Positions 49,212 to 58,439 of a stretch of DNA of 64,000 nucleotides are shown here, piece after piece. The DNA comes from a virus. Lineage: Duplodnaviria; Caudoviricetes. Location: the IMG/VR virus record IMGVR_UViG_3300026121_000008, positions 47,943-111,942 of that record, one strand, 5' to 3'. Under the pieces are notes generated by a model. The model ran no database searches. It was given only the letters and a program-made list of their open reading frames with translations, and had not been told where the DNA came from. Position 1 is the stretch's first letter; each line of letters begins with the position of its first letter. The position numbers and the translations under genes were made by a program.

Positions 49212-51179
49212 ATGGAATTCTATCCGTTCGGTCTGAACAACAACGAAAACGCGGGCAGCGTGGATCTGCTCGGTGGCAAGGGGGCCGGTCTCGTGTGGCT
49301 GGCGTCTGAAGGCGTCCCGGTGCCTCCGGGGTTCGTCATCCCGACATCCGTCTGGGCCGAGTATGACAAGAAGCCCAAGGGCACGATGAAGGCCATCGCC
49401 AAGGCCCTGCCGTCCTATCTGGCGAAGCTGGAGCAGCACTTCGGCTATCTGCCGCTCCTCTCCGTCCGCTCGGGTTCACGGGTCTCCTGCCCCGGCATGA
49501 TGGACACGATCCTGAACGTGGGAATCGAGGGGGCGAACACGACCGAGTGGATCAATCGTCTCGGGCCTGCGTGCTTCGCGGACTCCTTCAAGCGACTGGT
49601 CACGATGTATGGGACGACAGCGGCGAGCCTCGACAAGGGCTGGAAGCCGGAGACCCTGAAGGATGCACTGGACGGCTATCAGGCGCAGCTTGGCGTGGCT
49701 TTCCCGTCCGCACAGGCGCAATTGCTTGGAGCTATCGAAGCCGTGTTCAAGTCATGGGATAACGACCGGGCAGACGTCTACCGCAAGATGCACGGGTACG
49801 ACCGGGCATGGGGCACAGCCGTCACGGTGCAAGCGATGGTCTTCGGGAACCTGAACGATAACTCAGGCTCAGGCGTCCTGTTCACGCGCAACCCGAACAC
49901 GGGTGAGCGCGTCGTCACGGGCGAGTTTCTTCCGAACGCGCAAGGCGAGGATGTCGTCAACGGGTCACGCACCCCGCTCCCGCTGGACGAAATGAAGAAC
50001 TGGTGGAACCCGCTGCTCCATGGCGAGTTGGTGAAGCTGGTGGGGCTGCTCGAAGTCTTGAAGAAGGACGTGCAGGATATCGAGTTCACGATTCAGGATG
50101 GCAAGCTGTACCTCCTGCAGGTTCGCAATGCGAAGCGGACAGCGACAGCGGCTCTGCGGATCGCGGTGGAGATGGCCAAGGAGAATCTGATCGACGCGAA
50201 GACGGCGGTCCAGCGCATCTCGGCCCGCCAGTTCGATCAAGCGCAGTTGGCCACAGTCGATGAGGCGTTCACGGTGGCTCCGGCCTTCACGGGTCTCCCG
50301 GCCTGCAGTGGGGTGGTGACGGGTAAGCCGGTGTTCACCAAGGAAGAGGCAATTGAGTGCAAGGAATCTTGCATCCTCGTGACGGAAGAGACGACACCGG
50401 ATGATATCGCGGGCATGCGGGCAGCGGTGGGCGTCGTGACGATGAAGGGCGGAGCCACCTGCCATGCGGCGGTCGTCGCCCGGAGCATGAACCGCGCCTG
50501 TGTCGTAGGAGTGGGTCAGTCGCTTGAAGCGTTCAAGGACATCGAAGTCCTGAGCCTCGACGGAGCGACGGGTCGGATCTGGACGGAGAAAGTGCCGACT
50601 GTCGGCGGGCATGCGAACGGCGCGGTGACCCAGTTCAGCCAGTTCGTGTGCGAGACCCTTGGCGTCGTGCCGGTGATCTTCGACGTGCCGACACAGCCGA
50701 TGGCCGAAGCTCTGCTCTACTTGGGCGACAACCTGATCAAGCCGGAAGCTCTCGGCATGGTGCTGAAGTCCCTGAACAAGGTGGACCGTCTGTATCTGGA
50801 CTTGGTTCCCTCAGCGGACGAACAGCCGTTCCTGAATATCGTTGGAGCCTACGACCATACGGGGCTGCTGCTGGCGAAGCTGGAAGCGTTTCTGGCGGAT
50901 CAACCCGCGAAGAAGGCCAAGCTGGTCGTGATTGTGGACGCGAAGTACACCAGCACGTTCGAGCGTATTACTCCGGGCTCGGATCTCCGGTCCATCGTCC
51001 TGTCGGACAAGGAAATTGTGCTCGATGGGGTGGATACCACGGACCCGGCGATTGAACGGGTGCTGGCATGGAAGGCCAATGAAGGCGTGTCGGTGGTGAG
51101 CCTTGGCGCGTATGTGGCTGGAGCCAAAAGTATGGTCTCCGTTTCAGCGGCTTTGCAGATTCTTGGAAAGGCGGTGTAG
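49212..51179 (+). CDS. Pyruvate phosphate dikinase-like protein (ATP-grasp + phosphohistidine domains, no PEP/pyruvate domain)
   Basis: GGKGAGL, SVRSG, GMMDTILN, QAMVFGN, FTRNP, QGEDVV, DIEFT, TCHAAVVAR; unrelated ~190-aa C-terminus. Confidence 0.85.
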   Translation: MEFYPFGLNNNENAGSVDLLGGKGAGLVWLASEGVPVPPGFVIPTSVWAEYDKKPKGTMKAIAKALPSYLAKLEQHFGYLPLLSVRSGSRVSCPGMMDTILNVGIEGANTTEWINRLGPACFADSFKRLVTMYGTTAASLDKGWKPETLKDALDGYQAQLGVAFPSAQAQLLGAIEAVFKSWDNDRADVYRKMHGYDRAWGTAVTVQAMVFGNLNDNSGSGVLFTRNPNTGERVVTGEFLPNAQGEDVVNGSRTPLPLDEMKNWWNPLLHGELVKLVGLLEVLKKDVQDIEFTIQDGKLYLLQVRNAKRTATAALRIAVEMAKENLIDAKTAVQRISARQFDQAQLATVDEAFTVAPAFTGLPACSGVVTGKPVFTKEEAIECKESCILVTEETTPDDIAGMRAAVGVVTMKGGATCHAAVVARSMNRACVVGVGQSLEAFKDIEVLSLDGATGRIWTEKVPTVGGHANGAVTQFSQFVCETLGVVPVIFDVPTQPMAEALLYLGDNLIKPEALGMVLKSLNKVDRLYLDLVPSADEQPFLNIVGAYDHTGLLLAKLEAFLADQPAKKAKLVVIVDAKYTSTFERITPGSDLRSIVLSDKEIVLDGVDTTDPAIERVLAWKANEGVSVVSLGAYVAGAKSMVSVSAALQILGKAV

Positions 51180-51180
51180 G

Positions 51181-51453
51181 GTGGCTCTCAGCATCGGGAT
51201 AGGTGTAGGATCGGTGATAGACATTCAAGGGCATCGACTGGTCGTCAAGGCCGTCATGCAACCGAATGTCATCGTGGTCACGGTGGATCGTGGCCCAGAG
51301 ATTGTGATCAGCGAGTCCAGAGCGGTCGAGGTGTTACCGGGCGTGAAGGTGCAGTCGGGCCTCGGGGGTAATCGACTCGCCTTCCATGCGGCGAAGTCCA
51401 TCCGGATTTCCCGTGTCGAGGGAGCCGCGAAGGAAGCGCGGAGGTCGTCATGA
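51181..51453 (+). CDS. CsrA-like beta protein
   Basis: LSIG..VGS.IDI...RLAF.A.KSIRISR resembles CsrA termini. Confidence 0.45.
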   Translation: MALSIGIGVGSVIDIQGHRLVVKAVMQPNVIVVTVDRGPEIVISESRAVEVLPGVKVQSGLGGNRLAFHAAKSIRISRVEGAAKEARRSS

Positions 51454-51773
51454 GAATCAGTAGCAAGGTACTCAAGGTGTTGCAGGCCGAGAAGATTTCA
51501 GCGGAGGAGTTGTTCCGCATGCTCGACTCGGTGGCGTTCACGTCGATGCGCGGGTTCAACCGCCGGTTTGACTCGTGGCTCTTCCAGATGCAGAACAACC
51601 TGCTGACGGACATGCAGCGAGTGGACCTGCTGGAGATCGGCAGAGGCCAGAACCGCATGCTGGAGGAGCACGAGGCGTGCGACGGGGAAGGCTGCAAGGC
51701 GTGCGGATGGTCGGGACAGGTGTCGAGAGCTATCGTAGACTCGACGGCCACGGCGATGAATGCGTCCGTGTGA
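51450..51773 (+). CDS. Hypothetical protein with C-terminal zinc motif
   Basis: HEACDGEGCKACGWSG. Confidence 0.55.
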   Translation: MRISSKVLKVLQAEKISAEELFRMLDSVAFTSMRGFNRRFDSWLFQMQNNLLTDMQRVDLLEIGRGQNRMLEEHEACDGEGCKACGWSGQVSRAIVDSTATAMNASV

Positions 51774-51800
51774 TACACTGGAAGGGCTAAGGAGTAGCAG

Positions 51801-52337
51801 ATGGTTGGACAGTTGAACGTGCCCGTGAACAAGCGTCAGTACTTCGTGGTGACCGGAGGTCCGTTCATGGACTGCCCCCCCACCATGAAGGGCGTGAAGA
51901 TGGCCAAGGAGATCGTCAAGGTGTGTGCGGTGGATATCCCCACCTCGGATTTCCAAGTGCCTGACCGGAAAATCCTCTACCGGGGCCTGAGCAAGGCGAT
52001 TGACTTGATTCTGGCCGGAGAGCCCGTCTACGTGGGCTGCATGGCCGGGAAGGGGCGGACAGGGCTGTTCTTGGCCATCCTCGCCAAGGCGTTCGGGGTG
52101 AAGAAGCCCATCGAGTACGTCCGGGCCAATTACTACCCGCATGCCGTCGAAACCAAGGAGCAGTATGCCTTCGTGCAGAAGTTCCGGATCACTCCGACCA
52201 TCCGGGGCAAGATCAAGCGGTATCGTCGGTGGGCGTGGCTGCGGTTCTGGAAGACGAATCTGACTCGGCTCCCACCCGTGACTGTGCAGATCGAGGCCGT
52301 CAAACCGGGGATTGACAAGCTCCCCCGGATTGTGTAA
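51801..52337 (+). CDS. CX5R (PTP/dual-specificity) phosphatase-like protein
   Basis: IPT.DF..P, YVGCMAGKGRTG, AVET.EQ..FV. Confidence 0.85.
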   Translation: MVGQLNVPVNKRQYFVVTGGPFMDCPPTMKGVKMAKEIVKVCAVDIPTSDFQVPDRKILYRGLSKAIDLILAGEPVYVGCMAGKGRTGLFLAILAKAFGVKKPIEYVRANYYPHAVETKEQYAFVQKFRITPTIRGKIKRYRRWAWLRFWKTNLTRLPPVTVQIEAVKPGIDKLPRIV

Positions 52338-52376
52338 ACTTGTCCTAGTCGTTTTTTGTCAAGGAGTGACGGCCCG

Positions 52377-53459
52377 ATGAAGTATCTACCCGAAAACACG
52401 CTGGCGCATTACAATGCGGCTCCGCAGACCCACTTGCATAACTGGTCGGATCTGCCGACACAGGTCTTCAGTGCCTCCACCACGGCGTACAAGCTGACGT
52501 GCGGGATGGAATCTCCCATGAAGCATGCGGTCGAATTCTACACGTTGAACCATGCGGCGTCGATTGTCCGCAGTACCTTCACGGTCAACGAGCCCCTCCC
52601 GGAGTGGGCGGTGGCTATCATGGATGCGTACACGACCACTTGCATCAAGCAGGGAGAGCGGATGCTCCATTACCTCCTGCTGGTCACGGTGCGTGAGATG
52701 CGCCACCTGAAGTCTCAGCCGTCTGCCGCGCTCTGGACCCAGATCAAAAATCAGTTCGGGGAAAAGACGGTGGAGTTCCTGAAGGTCGTCAGCAGCCATG
52801 GCGGCGAGGACGAAGCGATGGGCCGCTACCTGAATCAGGCCCCGGCGGACATGACCGTGGGAGCCATGACGAAGGCCATGTCGTATGCCTACCATCATGG
52901 CGCATGGTCCTCCAGCTACGGTGGCCCTGCGTGGGGCGGCATTGCGGATGCGCTGGCGTCCGTGATCGCGGGTGAGACGTCGATGGAGATGATGGTGGAC
53001 ACCGGCTACACGCTGGCCCACAACACCGCCCCGGTCTTCAATAAGGGCCTGATGTACACCGGGCCGAATGCCACGATGCTGGCGACGATCCTCGACGTGC
53101 AGCGGGCGGGGGAGATGCTCAACCTGATGGTGGCGACAGAGGCCCTTGGCGTGGACAAGCCACAGGTGGCGACCATGGCCGTCGAGTTGCTTCAGAAATT
53201 CTTCCCGGTCAATGACAAGGGGGAGCCCACGATTCGCGGCTACGTCGATTGGAAGGCCGTAGACGCTCAGCGTCCTGCGAAGGAAAAGTCTTCGAGCCCG
53301 AACAAGTACGCCAAGGTGATCGCGGCGCAAAAGCAGCCGAAGAAGAAGGTAGACGTCAAGCCGACACTGGCGACGTTCCTTGGGAAGCAGGCCAAGGAAG
53401 TCGGGACGTTCCAAGTGTTTCCGAACCAGTCCGTGACCGTGTTCGAGAGGGTGAGCTAA
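52377..53459 (+). CDS. Hypothetical protein
   Basis: Promoter at 52312; motifs E.RH, WSSSYGG.AW..IA, HN...FNKG. Confidence 0.7.
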   Translation: MKYLPENTLAHYNAAPQTHLHNWSDLPTQVFSASTTAYKLTCGMESPMKHAVEFYTLNHAASIVRSTFTVNEPLPEWAVAIMDAYTTTCIKQGERMLHYLLLVTVREMRHLKSQPSAALWTQIKNQFGEKTVEFLKVVSSHGGEDEAMGRYLNQAPADMTVGAMTKAMSYAYHHGAWSSSYGGPAWGGIADALASVIAGETSMEMMVDTGYTLAHNTAPVFNKGLMYTGPNATMLATILDVQRAGEMLNLMVATEALGVDKPQVATMAVELLQKFFPVNDKGEPTIRGYVDWKAVDAQRPAKEKSSSPNKYAKVIAAQKQPKKKVDVKPTLATFLGKQAKEVGTFQVFPNQSVTVFERVS

Positions 53460-53460
53460 C

Positions 53461-54213
53461 ATGGCCATCTACCGGTCGGAAGACTTCGTGGGGACGGATC
53501 TGGCCCCACGGTGCTACGAGTCTCACCCGGCCCTGAAGTTGGGGAAGGGTACGCTCTATGGCGGGAGTGCGAGTCTGCCCGCCATGACCAAGGCGGACGT
53601 CTACGTGTCCCTGCAGTCGGGGAGCACGAGCGGGCTCTCGTCGGACCCGTGGGACGAGCAGCGGGTGGTCGAGGTCTACTACGCCATTACGGACATGCAG
53701 GCCCCACGGGAGGCCCTGCGGTTTCGGAAGCTGGTCGCATGGCTCTGCACTCAGTTGCAGGACGGCAAGACGGTCCACATCGGGTGCATCGGGGGCCATG
53801 GCAGGACGGGCATGCTGATGTCGGCTCTTGTCGTGGAGATGCTGGGCGAAGAGGACGCCATCGGCTACGTGCGGAAGCACTACTGCTCGAAGGCGGTGGA
53901 ATCGAAAGCTCAGGTGGCGTATCTGGTGGCGAACTTCGGCGTGAAGGACGTGGCTCCGGCCAAGGAATACAAGGCCCCGGCACAGCCTCCCAAGTGGTCC
54001 TATCAGGACGATGAGTACGAGTTCGTGAACATCCCTCCGAAGCGGGTGAGCCAGCCGAAGCGGGCGAAAGAGGAGGAGTCCCGGTTCATCTACAAGGCGA
54101 AGCGGGTGATCCTCCCGGAGGGTCATGCGAAGGCCAAGGCGTTCTCCCCCATCGACGCCTCGTCGCGGAGCGTGTGGACTGCCGGGAAGAAGGCCAAGAA
54201 AACCGTGAATTGA
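53461..54213 (+). CDS. CX5R (PTP/dual-specificity) phosphatase-like protein
   Basis: ITDMQAP, HIGCIGGHGRTG, YVR..Y..KAVES..Q. Confidence 0.85.
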   Translation: MAIYRSEDFVGTDLAPRCYESHPALKLGKGTLYGGSASLPAMTKADVYVSLQSGSTSGLSSDPWDEQRVVEVYYAITDMQAPREALRFRKLVAWLCTQLQDGKTVHIGCIGGHGRTGMLMSALVVEMLGEEDAIGYVRKHYCSKAVESKAQVAYLVANFGVKDVAPAKEYKAPAQPPKWSYQDDEYEFVNIPPKRVSQPKRAKEEESRFIYKAKRVILPEGHAKAKAFSPIDASSRSVWTAGKKAKKTVN

Positions 54214-54271
54214 CACGGGCCTTCCAGTCGTGCTACCATGGTTGCAGTTCGATTTTCTCAAGGAGTGAGTG

Positions 54272-55210
54272 ATGGCTTTGAAGTTTAGCACGGACGCCCA
54301 AGTGATGTTTTTCAGCAAGGTCTTCGGATCGAGTTCCGTCGTGACGCAGCAGGCCAAGGCCCTTGTGGCGGCAGGCACGAAGTTCGACGTGTCCCTATAT
54401 TCCGTCTCGGCGGTCTTGAACGGCACGCCGAACACGATTCAACTGACCATGGGGACGCCCACGCTGATGAAGGGCGAGGGACCGGCGGCGTTGGTGGACA
54501 AGAACACGAACGCGATTGCGATCTGGATGGCGGACCTGCATTCGGCAGCGGGCTTCCCAGCGACTCCCCCGGCGACTCCGGTCTCGGTCTGGTCGGACCC
54601 GGCTCCAGCCCCGGTGACCATCAAGGTGATCGGTGTCGGAGCGGACGCCAACAAGATCGTCGTCATCAAGGCGATTCGCGTGGCCACGGGGTGGAGCCTT
54701 TACGAGGCGAAGCAGTTGTCCGATCAGCTTTTCGCGGGGGTGGGATTGCCGAAGGCGATTCCGCTTATCGTGTCGGAAACGCAGGCCATCAACGTCCTGC
54801 TGGCAGCGGGTGTGAGCGTGCAGGGGTCTCCGGTGGTGGTGGCCTCTCTGGGGATCGCCAAGCCCGTCCCGGAAGTGATCGACCTGAAGGCGGCACAGGC
54901 TCTGGGCCAGAAAGTCCACGGCACGTCCACGGGCAGCGTGTATTACACGATTGCCGTGGGGGCGGATGTCAAGGTGGCGGCACGGGTACAGGGCACGTCG
55001 ATCTCGCTCCGGGCGGAGTGGACGGGCAACCCGCAGGATGAACTGAAGAAGCTGGCGGAGATGGGCATGCAGATGAAGTCGGGCTATGCCTCATGGCACT
55101 TCGACGCCAACACCGTCCCGGTCCCCCGTGTCATCGGCGCGTTCCTGATGGGCGCGGGCATCGCATGGAAGGCGGCTGTCCTGAATGGCGGCGAACTGGT
55201 GACGGCGTGA
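54272..55210 (+). CDS. Protein with an internal ribosomal L7/L12 C-terminal-like domain
   Basis: NKIVVIKAIRVATGWSLYEAKQL; promoter at 54210. Confidence 0.65.
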   Translation: MALKFSTDAQVMFFSKVFGSSSVVTQQAKALVAAGTKFDVSLYSVSAVLNGTPNTIQLTMGTPTLMKGEGPAALVDKNTNAIAIWMADLHSAAGFPATPPATPVSVWSDPAPAPVTIKVIGVGADANKIVVIKAIRVATGWSLYEAKQLSDQLFAGVGLPKAIPLIVSETQAINVLLAAGVSVQGSPVVVASLGIAKPVPEVIDLKAAQALGQKVHGTSTGSVYYTIAVGADVKVAARVQGTSISLRAEWTGNPQDELKKLAEMGMQMKSGYASWHFDANTVPVPRVIGAFLMGAGIAWKAAVLNGGELVTA

Positions 55211-55461
55211 TCAACGGCATGATCCCCCGTACGGCCCCGGCTGGGCAGGAGGAGTTCACGCTCCTCCAGTCCATCAACGTCGGAGACATTCGCCGGGGCC
55301 TGCTCTTCCCGGCCCTCGATATCGGCGTGGAGTGGCTCTGCACGAGCAAGGGCGAGACCTACTGGGAGTTCGATGGGCTGTTCTTCGGCCAGCCGTTGTG
55401 CCGTGCGGTCGTCACGGTCACAGACGAGGCCCTGACCCTCGAAGTGAAAGACGTCCGATGA
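55207..55461 (+). CDS. Hypothetical protein
   Basis: GTGA overlap in the operon. Confidence 0.55.
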   Translation: MINGMIPRTAPAGQEEFTLLQSINVGDIRRGLLFPALDIGVEWLCTSKGETYWEFDGLFFGQPLCRAVVTVTDEALTLEVKDVR

Positions 55462-55862
55462 ACCTCCCCTACTTCGCGGCAGACACGCTGGGGGTCACCC
55501 TCTACGCCGTGAAGGGCGGGCTGTCGGCTACCGAGGTGTATGAGGTGGCACTCGGCCCATGGCGGATTGACCTCCCTATCGAAGTCACCTCAGACGTGAT
55601 GTCTGGGGTGGAGATCGGCCTGTGGGTCACGTTGGCCAGTCGGCTCCGTCTGTACGTTCTCGTGCGAAGCCACGAAAGCTGGATGTATATCCTGTCCGAG
55701 GACGCCTTGAAAGCGTGTGGCCAGCAAACCGGGTTCGCCGGTCGCACGGTGAAAGCGCGACTCGAAGAAATCAAGCCTGCCATCAAAGCCGTCTTTCGTT
55801 GGAAATCCACGGAGACCGGGTGGGCACAAATGCAGTACAATGAAGTCACCACTGGAGGGTAG
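55458..55862 (+). CDS. Hypothetical protein
   Basis: ATGA overlap in the operon. Confidence 0.55.
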   Translation: MNLPYFAADTLGVTLYAVKGGLSATEVYEVALGPWRIDLPIEVTSDVMSGVEIGLWVTLASRLRLYVLVRSHESWMYILSEDALKACGQQTGFAGRTVKARLEEIKPAIKAVFRWKSTETGWAQMQYNEVTTGG

Positions 55863-55867
55863 CCGTA

Positions 55868-58237
55868 ATGCTGTTGGTGATCTGGTCGAAGGCGTCTCCG
55901 ACCAAGGTGCTGAAGAACTTGTCCTCTGTGCTTGGGCGGTACCCCGAGGTGCCGGTGACGGTGGTGGAAGAGGGGGAGATCCCCGATGGGACCACGGTCG
56001 TGCTGGCGTTGGGAGAGAGCCTCAAATATCTGCAAGCCCACAAAGTCATCCCGAAGAATCGGACCATCACGTCGTGTCGCACCCTCCCGGTGATGCTGGG
56101 GACGACCCCGGTCCTCGTCAGCTACAGCCCGGAGATCGGAGAGATTGATCACGGCTATCAGGTGAGCCTGTTGACGGACTTGAATCTGGCCATCCGTTAT
56201 TGTCTCACCGGCAAATGGACCCCCGTGTATGGAGCGTATCGCTACGTCCCGGACTTCTCGGAACTCCAGCAGGCCATCGAGGCCCAGTACACTGCCACGG
56301 CTGAACCCGTCGAGGTCGCCATGGACTTGGAGACGCTGGGGCTGGACCCGTATGCGGAGCCCACCCTCACCTCTCCCGGTGCCTACATCGTCACCATCCA
56401 AGCCTCCTACAAGCCGGGAACAGCCGATGTCATCCGGTTCGCAGACCGCCAGCATGAGATCGCCTGCCTGCAGGACTATGACTTTCGGAAGTCCATCAAC
56501 TTCCTGCTGAACAGTTCACAGGTCCGTCTCAGAGGAGCGAACTTCAAGTTCGATCTGCACTGGCTCTGGAAGCGGGGCGAGTTCACCTGTTCGACGTTCA
56601 CCTTCGACACCACCATCGTGGGCTCCCTCATCGATGAGAACCGCTCCAACTCCCTGAACGCCCACACCAAGATTTATGCCTCGACCCTCGCCGGTTATGA
56701 TGACCGTTTCAACGCTACGGTAGACAAGAGCCGGATGGACCAAGTCCCCCCGGTGACGCTCCTCCCCTACGCCGGAGGCGACGTGGATGCCGATCTCCAA
56801 GTGGCTACGGCGATGAAGAAGGAACTCCTCCGGGACGAGAAGCTCACCAGCTTCTACGTGAACATTCTTCATCCCGCTGCTCGTGCGTTTGAGTGGGTGG
56901 AGCAGGGCGGGATCTGTGTGGACCTCCCCGCTTTCCAAGAACTGAAAGCCGATTTGGAAGCGGAGCATGCCACGCTTACCAAGGATGCCTGCAAGATTAT
57001 GGGGGGCCGGATCGTCGTCAAACACGGCTACCAGACGCTGTTCGGTGGGCCGATGAACCTGACCAAGGCGTCGATGCTCGTGGATTACCTGTTCACCCCC
57101 ATGGGCCTGAACCTCAAGCCTCACCTGTGGACCGAGAAGCCCGACAAGGACGGCATCAAGCGTCCCTCCACCGCCATGGAGCACTTGGAGATGTTCGCAG
57201 ACCATCCCAAGGCCAAGGACTTCATCGACATCATCCGGGCCGACAGCGGCGTGATGAAGACCTACAACACCTACGTCGTGGGCTTCCTCGAACACCTCCG
57301 GTCAGATGGCCGACTCCATCCCACCTACTACCTGTTCGTGGGTAATCAGGATGAGGGGGAAGGGGGAGCCCGGACGGGTCGCCTGTCGTGCAAGGCCCCG
57401 GCCTTCCAAACAGTACCAAAGCATACGAAGTGGTCGGAGCGTATCCGTCGTTGCTACCCCGCTCCTCCCGGCCATGTGATCGTGGAGCGGGACTACAGCC
57501 AAGGGGAACTGCGTGTGGTCGCCTGTATTGCCGATGAGACGAACATGATCGCGGCCTACAAGGCAGGCCGGGATCTCCACATCGAGACGGCGGCTCCCTT
57601 TGCAGGCTTTACGTATGAGACTCTCTCCGCACTGGAGAAGACCAATCCGCACAAGTTCGAGGAGACCCGGCAGTTGGGCAAGGCCGGGAACTTCGGGCTG
57701 GTCTTCGGGATGCGGGAGGACGGCTTCGTGAACTACGCCCGGTCCAACTACGGGGTGGAGTTGACCCGAGAGAAGGCCGGGGAGTTCCGGGATGCCTTCT
57801 TCAAGCGGTATCCGAAGCTGGAGACCTACCACGAGCACGCCAAGCGGCAGGCTCTGGCTCACAAGGCCGTACGGACCCCGCTGGGGCGCGTGCGTCACCT
57901 CCCCCTCATCAAGTCCCCCCACCGGGAGACCGCTGCCAAGGCGGAACGTCAGGCCATTAACAGCCCCGTCCAAGGCACCCTCACGGATATGGGCCTCTGG
58001 GCCATCGCCCTCGAACACCAAGCGGGCCTGCACTCAATTGCCCCGTGCTGGGGGTCTTGCCATGACTCCATCCTGAACTACGTCCCCGAGGACCGGGTGG
58101 ATGAGATCGTCCCGAGGCTCCTCCATCAAATGGAACACCTCCCCTTCGAGCAAGTGGGATGGTCCCCCCAGTTGAAGTTCGTGGCCGATGCCAAGGTGGG
58201 GACGAATTGGGGCACTCTGTCGAAGTTTAAGCGTTGA
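55868..58237 (+). CDS. polA: Family A DNA polymerase with 3'-5' exonuclease
   Basis: Exo DLET, N.KFD, YA..D; RTGRLS, DYSQGELR, R..GK..NFGLVFG, N.PVQG, HDS. Confidence 0.92.
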   Translation: MLLVIWSKASPTKVLKNLSSVLGRYPEVPVTVVEEGEIPDGTTVVLALGESLKYLQAHKVIPKNRTITSCRTLPVMLGTTPVLVSYSPEIGEIDHGYQVSLLTDLNLAIRYCLTGKWTPVYGAYRYVPDFSELQQAIEAQYTATAEPVEVAMDLETLGLDPYAEPTLTSPGAYIVTIQASYKPGTADVIRFADRQHEIACLQDYDFRKSINFLLNSSQVRLRGANFKFDLHWLWKRGEFTCSTFTFDTTIVGSLIDENRSNSLNAHTKIYASTLAGYDDRFNATVDKSRMDQVPPVTLLPYAGGDVDADLQVATAMKKELLRDEKLTSFYVNILHPAARAFEWVEQGGICVDLPAFQELKADLEAEHATLTKDACKIMGGRIVVKHGYQTLFGGPMNLTKASMLVDYLFTPMGLNLKPHLWTEKPDKDGIKRPSTAMEHLEMFADHPKAKDFIDIIRADSGVMKTYNTYVVGFLEHLRSDGRLHPTYYLFVGNQDEGEGGARTGRLSCKAPAFQTVPKHTKWSERIRRCYPAPPGHVIVERDYSQGELRVVACIADETNMIAAYKAGRDLHIETAAPFAGFTYETLSALEKTNPHKFEETRQLGKAGNFGLVFGMREDGFVNYARSNYGVELTREKAGEFRDAFFKRYPKLETYHEHAKRQALAHKAVRTPLGRVRHLPLIKSPHRETAAKAERQAINSPVQGTLTDMGLWAIALEHQAGLHSIAPCWGSCHDSILNYVPEDRVDEIVPRLLHQMEHLPFEQVGWSPQLKFVADAKVGTNWGTLSKFKR

Positions 58238-58261
58238 CAAGTCTTGGATTAGGTGTATCAT
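58234..58261 (+). promoter_or_regulatory. Promoter likely driving the tas/TIGR operon
   Basis: TTGACA-16 bp-TATCAT overlapping the polA stop. Confidence 0.55.
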
Positions 58262-58262
58262 C

Positions 58263-58424
58263 ATGTGGATGATCCGGAGTCGCACCAAGCTCGATAACAA
58301 GGGTCAGCCGAAGTACTGGTCTGCTGATGTGGGATGGACGTGGAAAGAGTTCGCGGACATCTACTCGTCGGATCAAAAATCAATGACGTCGCTTCCCAAA
58401 ACAGGAGTTTGGGAAGAACTGTAA
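58263..58424 (+). CDS. Small hypothetical protein
   Basis: YWS...GW.....A..YS...LP..GVW pattern. Confidence 0.5.
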   Translation: MWMIRSRTKLDNKGQPKYWSADVGWTWKEFADIYSSDQKSMTSLPKTGVWEEL

Positions 58425-58439
58425 CCAATGGAGTGCTCG

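Noticed and set aside
49212-51179. Functional PPDK as an auxiliary metabolic gene
   Set aside because: The C-terminal PEP/pyruvate-binding domain is missing.
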